From: a virus
Lineage: Duplodnaviria; Caudoviricetes
Length of the DNA: 56,922 bases
Direction: 5' to 3' (one strand)
IMG/VR virus record: IMGVR_UViG_3300037153_000232
Location: 1 to 56,922 of that record
Shown here: piece by piece, positions 8,184 to 17,550 of the stretch
Numbering within the stretch: the first letter of the stretch is position 1
Layout: every line of letters begins with the position of its first letter
The notes under the pieces: model-generated
The model's input: only the letters and a program-made list of their open reading frames with translations
Told to the model about the DNA's origin: nothing
Databases searched by the model: none
Made by a program: the position numbers and the translations under genes

Positions 8184-9320
8184 GTGAAGCAGGGTCTGAC
8201 CCTTACACAGTTCGCGCAGACCATTCAGGAGCGCGACGCGGCCAAGGCCGACTACCTGGCACCCGTGCCGCTGATCGACGTCAACACCAATGGCCACACC
8301 AGCCTGGTGCTGCGCGACGTCGAGGACGCCAGCGGCAACGAGCTTGCGCCGCTGACCATCGGCAACACGGCGCACGGCCAGCTTGCCAGCTACCTGGGCG
8401 TGCCCAAGGCCTTCTACGACCACGTGCTGCGCAACACCAGCACGATCCGCGACCCGAACGACCCGACGCAGCCGCTGTACGACACGCTCATCAACGGCCT
8501 GCTGCGCGCCTGCCCGCCCGACGACGCCCGCCTGGTGCGCACGCTCAACGGCACGGCCCGCGCCTGGCTCAGCGACCGCTACCGCCAGATGGACAATCTG
8601 GAGATCCTGACGCGGCTGCTGCCCGTCATCCAGCAGTTGCCCGCCGTCAACTGGGAGCAGTCGAGCCTTCAGGTGACCGAGGACCGCATGTACCTGCAAC
8701 TGGTGGACACCAGCAAGCCCAAGGTCATCAAGAGCGGCCACCAGCGCGTGGACGACGTGCTCCAGCGCGGCGTGGTCATCACCAACAGCGAGGTCGGCCT
8801 GGGCAGCTTCGCGGTGCAGCCGCTGGTCTTCCGCCAGGTGTGCTCCAACGGCCTGGTCATCACCGAGTACGCGCAGCGCCGCTTCCACGTCGGCGGGCGC
8901 AACAGCGGCGACGCGGGCATCGTCTGGCAGTCGGATACGCAGAAGGCGCGCAACGAGACGACGATCCTCGAAATGCGTGACCTGATGAAGATGGCCATGT
9001 CGGACGAGTTCCTGAACAAGATCGCGGCGCGGGCGCAGGACGCGGCCGACCTGCCGATCAAGGGTGCGCAACTGGAGCCAGTGGTCAAGAACGTGACCGA
9101 GCGCTTCCGACTCAACGGCGACGAGCGCGACGCGATGTTCAACCACCTCGTGGAGGGCGGCGACCTGAGCCTGTGGGGCCTGGTCAACAGCATCACCCGG
9201 GCGGCGCAGGACGTCGAGAGCTACGACCGCAGCGTCGAGCTACAGGCCATCGGCGGCAACATCCTGGCCTTGCCCAAGCACGACATCACCGCGCTGCTGA
9301 GCGAGGTGTCGCCTAACTGA
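8184..9320 (+). CDS. DUF932/DUF945-family phage protein
   Basis: LSDRYRQMDN, ITNSEVGLGS, QVCSNGL and LWGLVNSIT motifs; GAAAGGAACTAC RBS at 8169. Confidence 0.75.
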   Translation: MKQGLTLTQFAQTIQERDAAKADYLAPVPLIDVNTNGHTSLVLRDVEDASGNELAPLTIGNTAHGQLASYLGVPKAFYDHVLRNTSTIRDPNDPTQPLYDTLINGLLRACPPDDARLVRTLNGTARAWLSDRYRQMDNLEILTRLLPVIQQLPAVNWEQSSLQVTEDRMYLQLVDTSKPKVIKSGHQRVDDVLQRGVVITNSEVGLGSFAVQPLVFRQVCSNGLVITEYAQRRFHVGGRNSGDAGIVWQSDTQKARNETTILEMRDLMKMAMSDEFLNKIAARAQDAADLPIKGAQLEPVVKNVTERFRLNGDERDAMFNHLVEGGDLSLWGLVNSITRAAQDVESYDRSVELQAIGGNILALPKHDITALLSEVSPN

Positions 9321-9341
9321 AGACGCCAGCGTGCGAGATCG

Positions 9342-9372
9342 AGGCCAGGCCAACCGCCTGGCCTTTCGTCTT
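9342..9372 (+). terminator. Probable intrinsic terminator
   Basis: AGGCCAGGC-CAACC-GCCTGGCCT followed by TTCGTCTT. Confidence 0.55.
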
Positions 9373-9395
9373 GTATGGGGCATGGAGCAGCAGCC

Positions 9396-9662
9396 ATGAA
9401 CGAGCAACGCATGAGCCTGGCCGAGCAGTGGCGGATGTGCACGCGCAAGAAGCGCTACTCCACCCGAGCGCTTGCCGAGGTGCAGGTCACCAAGATCTGG
9501 CTGGCGGGCAAGGGCCACGGCCTGAAGGTCTACCTGTGCCGCGTGCCCGAGCAGGAGGAGCACTGGCACGTCGGCCATCTGGTGCCGTGGTGGTGGCGTC
9601 ACGTTGGTGACATCGAGGACAACCCGCCCGACACTGAATCACGACCAGACGACAACTTCTGA
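9396..9662 (+). CDS. Hypothetical protein
   Basis: CTRKKRY...YLC...HWHVGH pattern; GGAG SD. Confidence 0.55.
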   Translation: MNEQRMSLAEQWRMCTRKKRYSTRALAEVQVTKIWLAGKGHGLKVYLCRVPEQEEHWHVGHLVPWWWRHVGDIEDNPPDTESRPDDNF

Positions 9663-9666
9663 GATG

Positions 9667-9691
9667 AGAGGCGGCAAGAGCCGCCTCTTTT
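9667..9691 (+). terminator. Intrinsic terminator
   Basis: AGAGGCGGC-AAGA-GCCGCCTCT followed by TTT. Confidence 0.75.
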
Positions 9692-9865
9692 GCGTATGTG
9701 AACGTGTGCGATGTGGTCATGCCCAACGCGCACGCCTTCGCATATGTAGTGCGCGAGGGTCTTTGCAACAAGACTTGCGGCGCGCAGGAGGTGCTGTATG
9801 CTTGGCCTCGCCAGTCACCAGATTCGGTGGCAGGACGCATACATCCCGAGGAGAGGGACGAACAC

Positions 9866-10873
9866 ATGGCAACCATGACGGTTGAAGACGCGGTCAACGC
9901 GGCGCTGGCGAGTCATCCAGCGCGGCACCTCCAGACCGAGGCGCTCATGCGCGAGCGCATCGGGCCAGAGGGCAAGAAGTGGCAGTTCCTGGGCAACGTG
10001 CAGCGCACGTCCATGAACCTGCGCCCAGACGGTAACAGCTTCCGTCTGATCGAACACATCAAGAAGGACAAGGTCGAGGCCATCGCCTCGAAGGTGGCCG
10101 AGGGCGTGGTCATGCCCGCCGTGATCGTCACCAAGTCGGGGCGACGCCTGGTCGAGGGCTACCACCGCTGGCACGGCTACGAGCGCGCTGGCGTGGGCGA
10201 GATCGCCGCCTACGAGGTCGATCTCGACACCGACTCGCTCGACCAGTTCATCATCGAACTGACGCAGATGGCGGGCGACAAGCTCTCACCCGAGGAGGTG
10301 AAGATGCTGTCGCTGCGCTACATCCAGCGCGGCTTCGCTGAGTCGCGCATCGCCTCGATGCTCAACGTGCCGCTGAGCACGCTGCGCCAGTGGGCGGCAA
10401 TCTCGAACCTCCAGCGCCGCCTCCAGACCACGGGCAACACCTACGACCTGACGGGGTGGAGCAACCGCACGTGCAGTATGCTGCACTCGATCCGCAACCT
10501 GCCGACGCTGGTGGCGGCGGTCGAACTGGTCCGCGACGCCCACCTGAAGGGCAACGAGGTGGTGGCCATCGTCACCGCCATCCGCAGCGCGCAGAGCCAG
10601 TCCGAAGAGCTTCAGATCCTGCGCGACCAGCGCGATGCGATGAAGGACCGCATCAACACGCCGCAGGTGCACCTGAACGGCCCCGCATACACGCGCCCCA
10701 TCTGGATGCAGTCGCTCCCCGCGCTGAGCCTGCTGACCAAGTACACCGCCGAGCAACTGGTGGACACCGCGCCGCAAGATCAGGTGGTCCGCCTGATGAC
10801 GCTGTGGGCTGGCGTCAGCACGCTGGCAGAGGAGGCTGTGAAGCGCCTGGGGGAGCGTGGTGGCGACAAGTAA
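9866..10873 (+). CDS. ParB/Srx-like domain protein 1 with HTH
   Basis: MPAVIV...LVEGYHRW motif, then IASMLNVPLSTLRQW. Confidence 0.75.
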   Translation: MATMTVEDAVNAALASHPARHLQTEALMRERIGPEGKKWQFLGNVQRTSMNLRPDGNSFRLIEHIKKDKVEAIASKVAEGVVMPAVIVTKSGRRLVEGYHRWHGYERAGVGEIAAYEVDLDTDSLDQFIIELTQMAGDKLSPEEVKMLSLRYIQRGFAESRIASMLNVPLSTLRQWAAISNLQRRLQTTGNTYDLTGWSNRTCSMLHSIRNLPTLVAAVELVRDAHLKGNEVVAIVTAIRSAQSQSEELQILRDQRDAMKDRINTPQVHLNGPAYTRPIWMQSLPALSLLTKYTAEQLVDTAPQDQVVRLMTLWAGVSTLAEEAVKRLGERGGDK

Positions 10874-12251
10874 GCCCTACGTCAAACGTGTCCTGAACTT
10901 GCTGCGCGAGGCCCGACCCGGGGGCCTCGCCAGGCAGCAGGTGCTGACCGAGGGCGCGTACTTCGTGGACGAGCAGGCCGCGTCCGTCCACGGCGCGTTC
11001 CTGGCCAACGTGCCCGACAACGAGCAGGTGCTGTTCGAGCGGCGCATAGCCATCGTCGGCGGCGAGGTCGAGCGGCTGATCGCCCGGGGCGTGATCGTGC
11101 ACAGCCAGGCCGACGACACGCTCTACAGCCAGGACGTGGGCGTGCCCGTGCTGCGCTACGTGGCCCGCGCCGACATCCAGAGCGACATCCCGGGACTGGA
11201 GCGGCACACGCTGGAAGGCGTGCACGAACTGGCCGAGTCCATCAACAAGCAGGGCCTGCTGCACCCCATCCTGCTGGCCACGACCGATGGTCAGGTCTAC
11301 CACCTGGCGGCGGGGCATCGACGGCTGGCAGCGCACGAGCAACTCGACAGCCCGTACATCCTGGCGCGGGTGTGGGCCGTGGACGACGACGACCTGCACG
11401 ACGTGGTCATCACGCTGCGCGAGCACGAGAATCTGTGGACCCAACCGCTCACTGAGGAGCAGCAGGCGCAAGCACTGGCGCAGCACCAGGCCGATCTGGA
11501 AGCGGTCGCGGCGGCAGACGCGGCTGACCTGATCGCACGGGGCAAGGAACTGCGGAACTACGCGCAGAAACGTGTTCGGGGTCCATCCAAAAAAGGTGGT
11601 AACGCTGGTGTTACCACCAAACGCGATAACAGTAGGCGGTCGGCGCAGCAACTGGCCAAGGAGAAGGGCATCAGCGTCCGAGCGGCACGCGATGCCATCG
11701 CACTGTCAGAGCTACAGGAGCGCCTGGAGGCGCGCACCAAACGCAAGCGCTGGGGCACCGAGCACAAGGACTACGTGCCTGGCACGATGGTCATGCTGAC
11801 CGCCATGAACCTGCTGGGGCAGATCCAGGGCGCATCCGCCGAGGAGCGTCTGGCCGTGTCGAAGGCGGCGCTGAAGACGATCAAGCAGGTCGAGCACGAG
11901 GACTACGAGCGCTGGCGCGCCGAGACGCACGACGGCACACAGAAGACGGCCGCGCAGATCGCCAAAGAGAAGGAGGCTGCGGACAACCACGACTCCGACT
12001 CGGCAAAGGCAGCGTTGCTGGCCAGGCGCGGGCGCAGCCTGCCCGACATCGCCCGCAAGCTGAACATCAGGCCCGAGCGCGCCGAGCAACTGGTCGCGCA
12101 CGGCGAAACGTTGTTGCCGCCTGTCAACAAGTCTGGATACCATGTTGGGCAGGCCCAACCAGATGAGATGGGCCTGCCTCACGAGCACGGCTGGAAAGTG
12201 GTCCAGGCGCGCTGGTGTGAGACGTGTGGACAGATGGAGGTCCAAGCATGA
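10857..12251 (+). CDS. ParB/Srx-like domain protein 2 with HTH motifs
   Basis: ELAESINKQGLLHPILL...LAAGHRRLAA...EHENL; LPDIARKLNI. Confidence 0.85.
   Translation: MVATSKPYVKRVLNLLREARPGGLARQQVLTEGAYFVDEQAASVHGAFLANVPDNEQVLFERRIAIVGGEVERLIARGVIVHSQADDTLYSQDVGVPVLRYVARADIQSDIPGLERHTLEGVHELAESINKQGLLHPILLATTDGQVYHLAAGHRRLAAHEQLDSPYILARVWAVDDDDLHDVVITLREHENLWTQPLTEEQQAQALAQHQADLEAVAAADAADLIARGKELRNYAQKRVRGPSKKGGNAGVTTKRDNSRRSAQQLAKEKGISVRAARDAIALSELQERLEARTKRKRWGTEHKDYVPGTMVMLTAMNLLGQIQGASAEERLAVSKAALKTIKQVEHEDYERWRAETHDGTQKTAAQIAKEKEAADNHDSDSAKAALLARRGRSLPDIARKLNIRPERAEQLVAHGETLLPPVNKSGYHVGQAQPDEMGLPHEHGWKVVQARWCETCGQMEVQA
11595..11618. repeat. Perfect inverted repeat GGTGGTAAC-N6-GTTACCACC inside the ParB-like gene
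   Basis: Read directly; sits in a locally AT-rich patch. Confidence 0.7.
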
Positions 12252-12568
12252 AGTGGGAGCCGACTCCCTACCCCGACATGAGCCAGGCCGAGTATGACGA
12301 CCTGGCTCACCAGATGCGCGCCGCTGGCGGTTGGCCCGAGGGTATGCCGTCCATCGTGGTGGACGACGAGGGCAACCTCATCGACGGCTTCAAGCGTCAT
12401 CGGGTGATGACTGACCTGGGATACAGCACCGCGCCAGCCATCGTCATCCAGAGCGACAGCGTGCCCGAAGGCGAACGCGCCGCGAAGTACGCCGAGCTAC
12501 GCAAGAATCTCAACAACCAGTCGCTGCTGGTGGACGAGATCGAAAACTGGCTGAAGGAGATCCGCTGA
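12248..12568 (+). CDS. Stand-alone ParB-like domain protein 3
   Basis: MSQAEYDDL...SIVVDDEGNLIDGFKRHRV. Confidence 0.7.
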   Translation: MKWEPTPYPDMSQAEYDDLAHQMRAAGGWPEGMPSIVVDDEGNLIDGFKRHRVMTDLGYSTAPAIVIQSDSVPEGERAAKYAELRKNLNNQSLLVDEIENWLKEIR

Positions 12569-13500
12569 TGGCCGAGATCGACTTCGAGCAGGAGGGCTGG
12601 TCGCCCAACGTCGAGTACGCCGACATCATCAACAAGGCCAACACGATCTGCCTGGAGTACGTCAATCAGGGCTACGACCTGACGCTGCGCCAGCTTTACT
12701 ACCAGTTCGTCGCCCGCGACATGCTGGCCAACACCGTCAAGAACTACGACCTGTTGGGGCGCGTGCTGAACAAGGCGCGCTGGAACGGCTACTTCGACTG
12801 GGACTACCTCGTGGACCGCACGCGCAACGTCCAGGGCGTGGCGCACTGGAACACGCCGAGCGAGATCATCAAGGCCGCAGCATCGAGCTTCCGCCTGGAC
12901 AAGTGGGCCGAGGCCGAGCACGTGGTCGAGATCTGGGTCGAAAAGGAGGCGCTGGCGGGCATCATCGGCCAGGCGGGCACGGGCGTGGACTGTCGCTGGT
13001 TCCCGTGTCGTGGCTACGTCAGCGCCAGCGAGATCTACCAGGCTGGCCTGCGGCTGGTCGAGCACATCCAGAACGGCCAGGAGGTGACCATCCTGCACCT
13101 GGGCGACCTCGACCCGTCGGGCCTCCAGATGACCGACGACAACTACAGCCGCCTGCGCAAGGTGGCGCGCTACTACACCGACGCCTCGAAGCTGCACTTC
13201 AAGCGCATCGCGCTGAACATGCCGCAGATCGCGCAGTACAACCCGCCCGAGAACCCCGCGAAGGAAGGCGACAGCCGCTACAAGGCCTTCGTGCAGTACA
13301 CGGGCGGAACCACCTCGTGGGAGCTAGACGCGCTGCCGCCCAACGTGCTGGTAGGCCTGATCGAGGAGGAGGTCGAGAAGCTACGCGACCCCGACGTGTG
13401 GTCGCAGGCCAGCGACGAGGAAAAGCGTTACCGCGACCTGCTGGATTCGCTCAGCAATCGCTGGGAGGACGTGGCCACGTACCTCGAAGAGGCGTCGTGA
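12568..13500 (+). CDS. Topoisomerase VI-A/Spo11-like wHTH-TOPRIM protein
   Basis: LTLRQLYY (Tyr motif), EIWVEKEAL, ILHLGDLDPSG and WELDAL. Confidence 0.8.
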   Translation: MAEIDFEQEGWSPNVEYADIINKANTICLEYVNQGYDLTLRQLYYQFVARDMLANTVKNYDLLGRVLNKARWNGYFDWDYLVDRTRNVQGVAHWNTPSEIIKAAASSFRLDKWAEAEHVVEIWVEKEALAGIIGQAGTGVDCRWFPCRGYVSASEIYQAGLRLVEHIQNGQEVTILHLGDLDPSGLQMTDDNYSRLRKVARYYTDASKLHFKRIALNMPQIAQYNPPENPAKEGDSRYKAFVQYTGGTTSWELDALPPNVLVGLIEEEVEKLRDPDVWSQASDEEKRYRDLLDSLSNRWEDVATYLEEAS

Positions 13501-13745
13501 GCATCGAGTGGAGGCCGCTCGACGCGGCCGAGGTCGAGCTACTGTTCCTGGCGTCGCGGGTGCGACACCCCACGATCCTTGCCCCCGAGGTCGAGTCTGC
13601 GTATGCCGCGTCGGTGAGACGGCGCGGCAAGGCGTCGCGCAAGGACTACGGCGCGGGCTACGAGGACGGTCATGAGGATGGCTACCGCCAGGCCGTGGAG
13701 GACATGCAGCGCCGCGCTCAGGCGGTTGGGGAGGACGCGGCGTGA
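13497..13745 (+). CDS. Hypothetical protein
   Basis: GTGA-coupled short ORF. Confidence 0.5.
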   Translation: MSIEWRPLDAAEVELLFLASRVRHPTILAPEVESAYAASVRRRGKASRKDYGAGYEDGHEDGYRQAVEDMQRRAQAVGEDAA

Positions 13746-13948
13746 TCCACTGGGCGCTCGACCGCGAGCAGGCCGAGACACTGGTCGAGATGCTGGAGTA
13801 TCTGGAGAGCGAGATCGAGGAGTACGACGACGCCTACCCGCTCGTGAACCGCTCGCTGGGCGAGCTTCGGATGCTGCTGACGCAGGACAGGCTCGCCAAC
13901 CCGCCGAGCGCGCAGCCATCGCTCCCTTTACGAGTCATCAGCCCGTAG
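13742..13948 (+). CDS. Hypothetical acidic protein
   Basis: GTGA-coupled 68-aa ORF. Confidence 0.5.
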   Translation: MIHWALDREQAETLVEMLEYLESEIEEYDDAYPLVNRSLGELRMLLTQDRLANPPSAQPSLPLRVISP

Positions 13949-13952
13949 GTTC

Positions 13953-13993
13953 TTGACACATTCGCCCGAATTGTCAACACAATCGGTTACTAT
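13953..13993 (+). promoter_or_regulatory. Promoter/operator upstream of the Cro-like gene
   Basis: TTGACA at 13953; GTCAAC-N6-GGTTAC at 13973-13990. Confidence 0.55.
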
Positions 13994-14000
13994 TCCGCCC

Positions 14001-14336
14001 ATGCCACGATCACGAATCACGCTGACGCCCAACGACTGGTCGCCTGCTGGCCAGAAGCTGGAGGAGATCCTGATGGCGCAGGGACGCCAGACCGACTGGC
14101 TGCCCGACCAGTTGGGGATCTCGCGCAACTACCTCTACCGTATGCGGTTGAACCCGTCCAACCCGATGTACCGTCAACCCCAACCGGGGCTATGGGCGAG
14201 AATTGAAGGCATCCTGGGCGTGCCCGCAGGCACCATCGAGCCACGCCATCGTGGTGTCGCTCGGGATCGGACCCTGGCCGAGGAGCGTCTGCGCCGTGCG
14301 CCTCGCCAGCAGGAACGGGCCGTGGCCACTGCGTGA
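14001..14336 (+). CDS. Cro/XRE-like HTH regulator
   Basis: LEEILMAQGRQTDWLPDQLGISRNYLYRM...RIEGILGV. Confidence 0.7.
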   Translation: MPRSRITLTPNDWSPAGQKLEEILMAQGRQTDWLPDQLGISRNYLYRMRLNPSNPMYRQPQPGLWARIEGILGVPAGTIEPRHRGVARDRTLAEERLRRAPRQQERAVATA

Positions 14337-14416
14337 GTGGACAGCCAACGCTGGTGACGGTGTACACCCCGTCGAAAGTGGTCCGCCACCAGCGCCAGAC
14401 GAATGGAGCGTAACCG

Positions 14417-14902
14417 ATGTCGGATGACAAGAGCCTGCCTGGAGGCCAGGAGAAGATCGTGCGCGCCGTCGAGCGCGTGATCGCCGCTGCCTCCAAGACG
14501 TCGCAGGACAGCGTCAGGATCACCAATCTGGCCAGCGGCAAGATTCAGGTCGAGGTGCACGCCGCTGGTGATGACCTGACCGAGACGGGCGACCGCGCCC
14601 GCGCCGAGTTCGAGCGCCAGACCAGCCTGGCGAGCGTGCCCACCGAGGAACTGGAGCACCTGCGCTGGCTGGCTAGCATCGGCCAGGCGGCGGTCGAGCA
14701 CGGCTGGAAGCCCGAGGGCAACGCCATCCCCGAGTCCGAGCCGCCCGACGCGCAGACCGAGGCCGCGCTGAAGGAGCGCGACGACTTTCTGGAGCACGTC
14801 AACAAGCGCAAGAGCGTGTACGCCGAGGGCGACAGCGACGCCGACCTGCTGTCCAAGCTGACCGAGATCAACATGGCGGGCGTGGAGGTCAGCGATGTCT
14901 GA
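14417..14902 (+). CDS. Hypothetical protein
   Basis: 161-aa ORF with SD. Confidence 0.6.
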   Translation: MSDDKSLPGGQEKIVRAVERVIAAASKTSQDSVRITNLASGKIQVEVHAAGDDLTETGDRARAEFERQTSLASVPTEELEHLRWLASIGQAAVEHGWKPEGNAIPESEPPDAQTEAALKERDDFLEHVNKRKSVYAEGDSDADLLSKLTEINMAGVEVSDV

Positions 14903-15275
14903 GCGGCAGACCGACGAGCAGATTCAGGACATGCTCGACCTGGCAGAGGAGGCGGGCGAGGTCGAAGCGGGCGAGGTCACCGTGGACGCGATGGATCTGG
15001 TGCGCGTGCTGGAGGAGATCAAGGACACGCGCCACCACATGGACCTGTCGCCCGACGAGCGCCTGGAGGTGCGCCTGCTGAACTGGGCAGACTCCGAGGC
15101 GGGCGGCAAGGCTGCCTGGCAGGCCTGGTTCGACGCCATGAACGACCAGCACCGCGATGTGGATCGGCACCGCTCGAAGTGGGCCATCCTCGAACCGCAG
15201 GACCAGCAGTTGGATCGGATGATCGCCGCACGTGTCGTGCGCGCCGCACTGGAGGCCTGCCGTGGTGGAGGATGA
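14895..15275 (+). CDS. Hypothetical acidic protein
   Basis: 126-aa ORF with GGAGG SD. Confidence 0.6.
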   Translation: MSERQTDEQIQDMLDLAEEAGEVEAGEVTVDAMDLVRVLEEIKDTRHHMDLSPDERLEVRLLNWADSEAGGKAAWQAWFDAMNDQHRDVDRHRSKWAILEPQDQQLDRMIAARVVRAALEACRGGG

Positions 15276-16023
15276 GCGGCCCTTGTACGCCGACCTGACC
15301 GCGCCGTTCGAGGGCTACTACACCGCCGATGGTGTCTTCGGCCCCTTCCTGAGCGGTGAGCAGGTTGCGTCGCGGCTCAACTTTGTGCTGGGCGTGGGGC
15401 AGTGGCAGTTCAACGTGCTGCACTTCGCCGTTGACCGCGAGGCCGACGAGGTGGTCGCGCTGGGCGAACTGAAGGCCTACGTCAACGGCCAGTGGATCTC
15501 GCGGCAGCAGTTCGGCGGGCAGAAGATCAAGCGCAAGAAGGACGGCACGATCAACAACCTGGCCGACGACCACAAGGGCGCGGCCACCGACGCGATGAAG
15601 AAGTGCGCCTCGCTGTTCGGTGTGGGCCTGTACCTGATGGTGTCGAGCGCCACCTGGCACGCTGGCACGCCGCAGCAGATAGAGGCACGCGCAGCCGCTC
15701 GCAGCGCCAAGCCAGCCGCGTCGAACGGGCGTGCCCGTGCTGCCAGGCCTGCCAAGGCGCAGGACGCGCCAGCCGCGCCCCAGGGCACTCCAGCGCTGCC
15801 TGCACCGACCACGGCGACCGCCAACGTGCAGACCGTCAGGTGCATGGCCAACGGCTGCGGCAAGCCACTGGAGGAGGTCAACATCCCCGCCAAGGACGGT
15901 CGGCCCGCCACCAAGTGGACCGTCAACAAGCTGCGCTACCAGGGCCTGCGCGTGCACGGCATGGTGCTGTGCTCCGACCACTACAAAGAGGCGACACTAG
16001 CTGCCCGGGCAGGGACAGGCTAA
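15262..16023 (+). CDS. Rad52/Rad22-family (Sak-like) ssDNA annealing protein
   Basis: RLNFVLGVGQWQF...KGAATDAMKKCASLFGVGLYL; C-terminal Zn motif. Confidence 0.85.
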   Translation: MVEDERPLYADLTAPFEGYYTADGVFGPFLSGEQVASRLNFVLGVGQWQFNVLHFAVDREADEVVALGELKAYVNGQWISRQQFGGQKIKRKKDGTINNLADDHKGAATDAMKKCASLFGVGLYLMVSSATWHAGTPQQIEARAAARSAKPAASNGRARAARPAKAQDAPAAPQGTPALPAPTTATANVQTVRCMANGCGKPLEEVNIPAKDGRPATKWTVNKLRYQGLRVHGMVLCSDHYKEATLAARAGTG

Positions 16024-16134
16024 TGCCAGACGGCCGCACGCCCCGGGAGGGACGACGTAGGTTCGATTACGCAGCGACAGTTAGCCTGGCACGTGCCAGG
16101 GTAGCCTGTATACGCACAACCCGTGGAGGATCTG

Positions 16135-16581
16135 ATGGCTGACCAGCCACTCGGCACCAAGCGACGCTGGTCGGCCGAACCGTTGTTCCCCGACCTGTTC
16201 CCCGATCTCGAACCGCAGGTGATCGAGGTCACCAAGCCGATGCCGCACGTCAAGCTGCCCGAAACCAACGGCACCGAGCTACGCGACGCGGGCATGGCCA
16301 GCGTGTGGGACAACACGCCCGAGAACTGGCGCGTGGTGGCCATGACGCTGCTGTTTCAGCTTGCTCAGCGCCAGGCCGAGGTGACCACCGACGACCTGTG
16401 GAAGGTGCTGCCGCCGCTGCCTGCGGGCGCGCACCCGAACGTGATCGGTGGGCTGTGGATGGAGGCCGTCCGCCAGCACTGGCTGAAGCGCACCGACCGC
16501 ATGGTGATCTCCGAGCGCCAGAACGCCCACGCCCGGCGTGTGCCCGTGTACCGCTCGCTGGTCTGGAAGGGCCAGCCATGA
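16135..16581 (+). CDS. Hypothetical protein, possible winged helix
   Basis: TTDDLW...NVIGG...AHARRVPVYRS; GGAGG SD. Confidence 0.55.
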   Translation: MADQPLGTKRRWSAEPLFPDLFPDLEPQVIEVTKPMPHVKLPETNGTELRDAGMASVWDNTPENWRVVAMTLLFQLAQRQAEVTTDDLWKVLPPLPAGAHPNVIGGLWMEAVRQHWLKRTDRMVISERQNAHARRVPVYRSLVWKGQP

Positions 16582-16760
16582 ACCACGAGCGTGACGCAGA
16601 GCGCGCCGTGCGCCTGCTGCCGCACCGCTTCGGGCAGCGCGGCTACGTGATCGAGTTCCGCGACGGCGACGGCTTGACCTGGCGCATGACGCTGACAGAG
16701 CAGCAGTACCGGGGCTGGTTCGGCTGGCTTCGCCCGAGCTTCAGGTGGCAGACCGCGTGA
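16578..16760 (+). CDS. Hypothetical protein
   Basis: ATGA-coupled short ORF. Confidence 0.45.
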   Translation: MNHERDAERAVRLLPHRFGQRGYVIEFRDGDGLTWRMTLTEQQYRGWFGWLRPSFRWQTA

Positions 16761-17008
16761 GCGAGACAGAGCGCGTCGCACGTGTTCTGCACGAGCGCTT
16801 GGAGCGGTTGGAGCCTCCGCGAGAGTGCGCGTGCGACCCACCCGGGTCTGGCGAGGAACACTGCACGGGGCACTGTTTCCTGCGCGCCGAGATCGCCCGC
16901 TTGCTGCGCATCGAGACGGCCGCTCGCAACCTCGACACACACAGCACCGAGGGCTACGCGACGCTGGTCAGCTACCTGATCCGCCTGCACGAGGCGCTCG
17001 CCTCGTGA
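16757..17008 (+). CDS. Hypothetical Cys-rich protein
   Basis: CAC...HCTGHC; coupled start. Confidence 0.5.
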   Translation: MSETERVARVLHERLERLEPPRECACDPPGSGEEHCTGHCFLRAEIARLLRIETAARNLDTHSTEGYATLVSYLIRLHEALAS

Positions 17009-17076
17009 GCTTGACGCTGATCCCACGCATCGCCTAGCCTGTCAGCGAGTTGGTTTACTCTGAAAGGAACTACATC

Positions 17077-17397
17077 GTGAGCCTCTCCCGCGACCAGTAC
17101 ATCGACAGAATCTACCCCGAGGATCTCGTGAAGAAGCCCGACGCCTGGTGCGAGCGCTACATGGTCGGCACCACCGAGGCCGCGCTGCGCAAGCCGCGCA
17201 CGCGCATCAAGGCCGCGCTGAAGCGCCGCGTGCTGGGGATGCCCTACCGCGACCACGCCTCGCACGCCTACTACGTGAAGCTGGGCCAGGGCGTGACCGT
17301 CAGGAACTGGATGAACGCGCTCGCAGCCAAGCGCATCCTCCAGCAGGTCGGCTACGGCTCGACGCCGGGAGAGTCACAGAAGCGTCTCGACGCCTAG
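17077..17397 (+). CDS. Basic hypothetical protein
   Basis: TTGACG(17011)-18 bp-TAGCCT promoter and GAAAGGAACTAC RBS (17062). Confidence 0.65.
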   Translation: MSLSRDQYIDRIYPEDLVKKPDAWCERYMVGTTEAALRKPRTRIKAALKRRVLGMPYRDHASHAYYVKLGQGVTVRNWMNALAAKRILQQVGYGSTPGESQKRLDA

Positions 17398-17476
17398 CGG
17401 CTGAGCGAGCGACGAGCGTAGGCTGGACGAATCTTCGGCCCGCACCGAGGATGACTGCGCCAGGTGGCGGACAACC

Positions 17477-17550
17477 AAAAGCCCGCCACTTGTGCCGCGA
17501 AAGGAACTACTCAAACTCGGCTGGCGGGCTTTTGAAAGGCGAAAAATCCT
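17477..17550 (-). ncRNA. Candidate antisense small RNA in the replication-gene leader, loop GTAGTTCCTTTC
   Basis: Minus-strand TTGCGC(17584-79)-16 bp-TACTAT(17562-57); bidirectional terminator-like stem AAAAGCCCGCCA/TGGCGGGCTTTT at 17477-17533. Confidence 0.5.

Noticed and set aside
12568-13500. Wadjet JetD defence system
   Set aside because: No JetA/B/C (SMC) genes are adjacent, and the RQLYY motif fits Top6A/Spo11-like proteins better.
14349-14394. Hammerhead-like CTGGTGA...GAAA in a structured leader
   Set aside because: The core deviates from CUGANGA, stem II is out of register, and CGCTGGTG is sequestered by CACCAGCG. More likely an ordinary leader hairpin.
16084-16099. Perfect 16-bp palindrome CCTGGCACGTGCCAGG
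   Set aside because: Single GC-rich copy with no supporting context.
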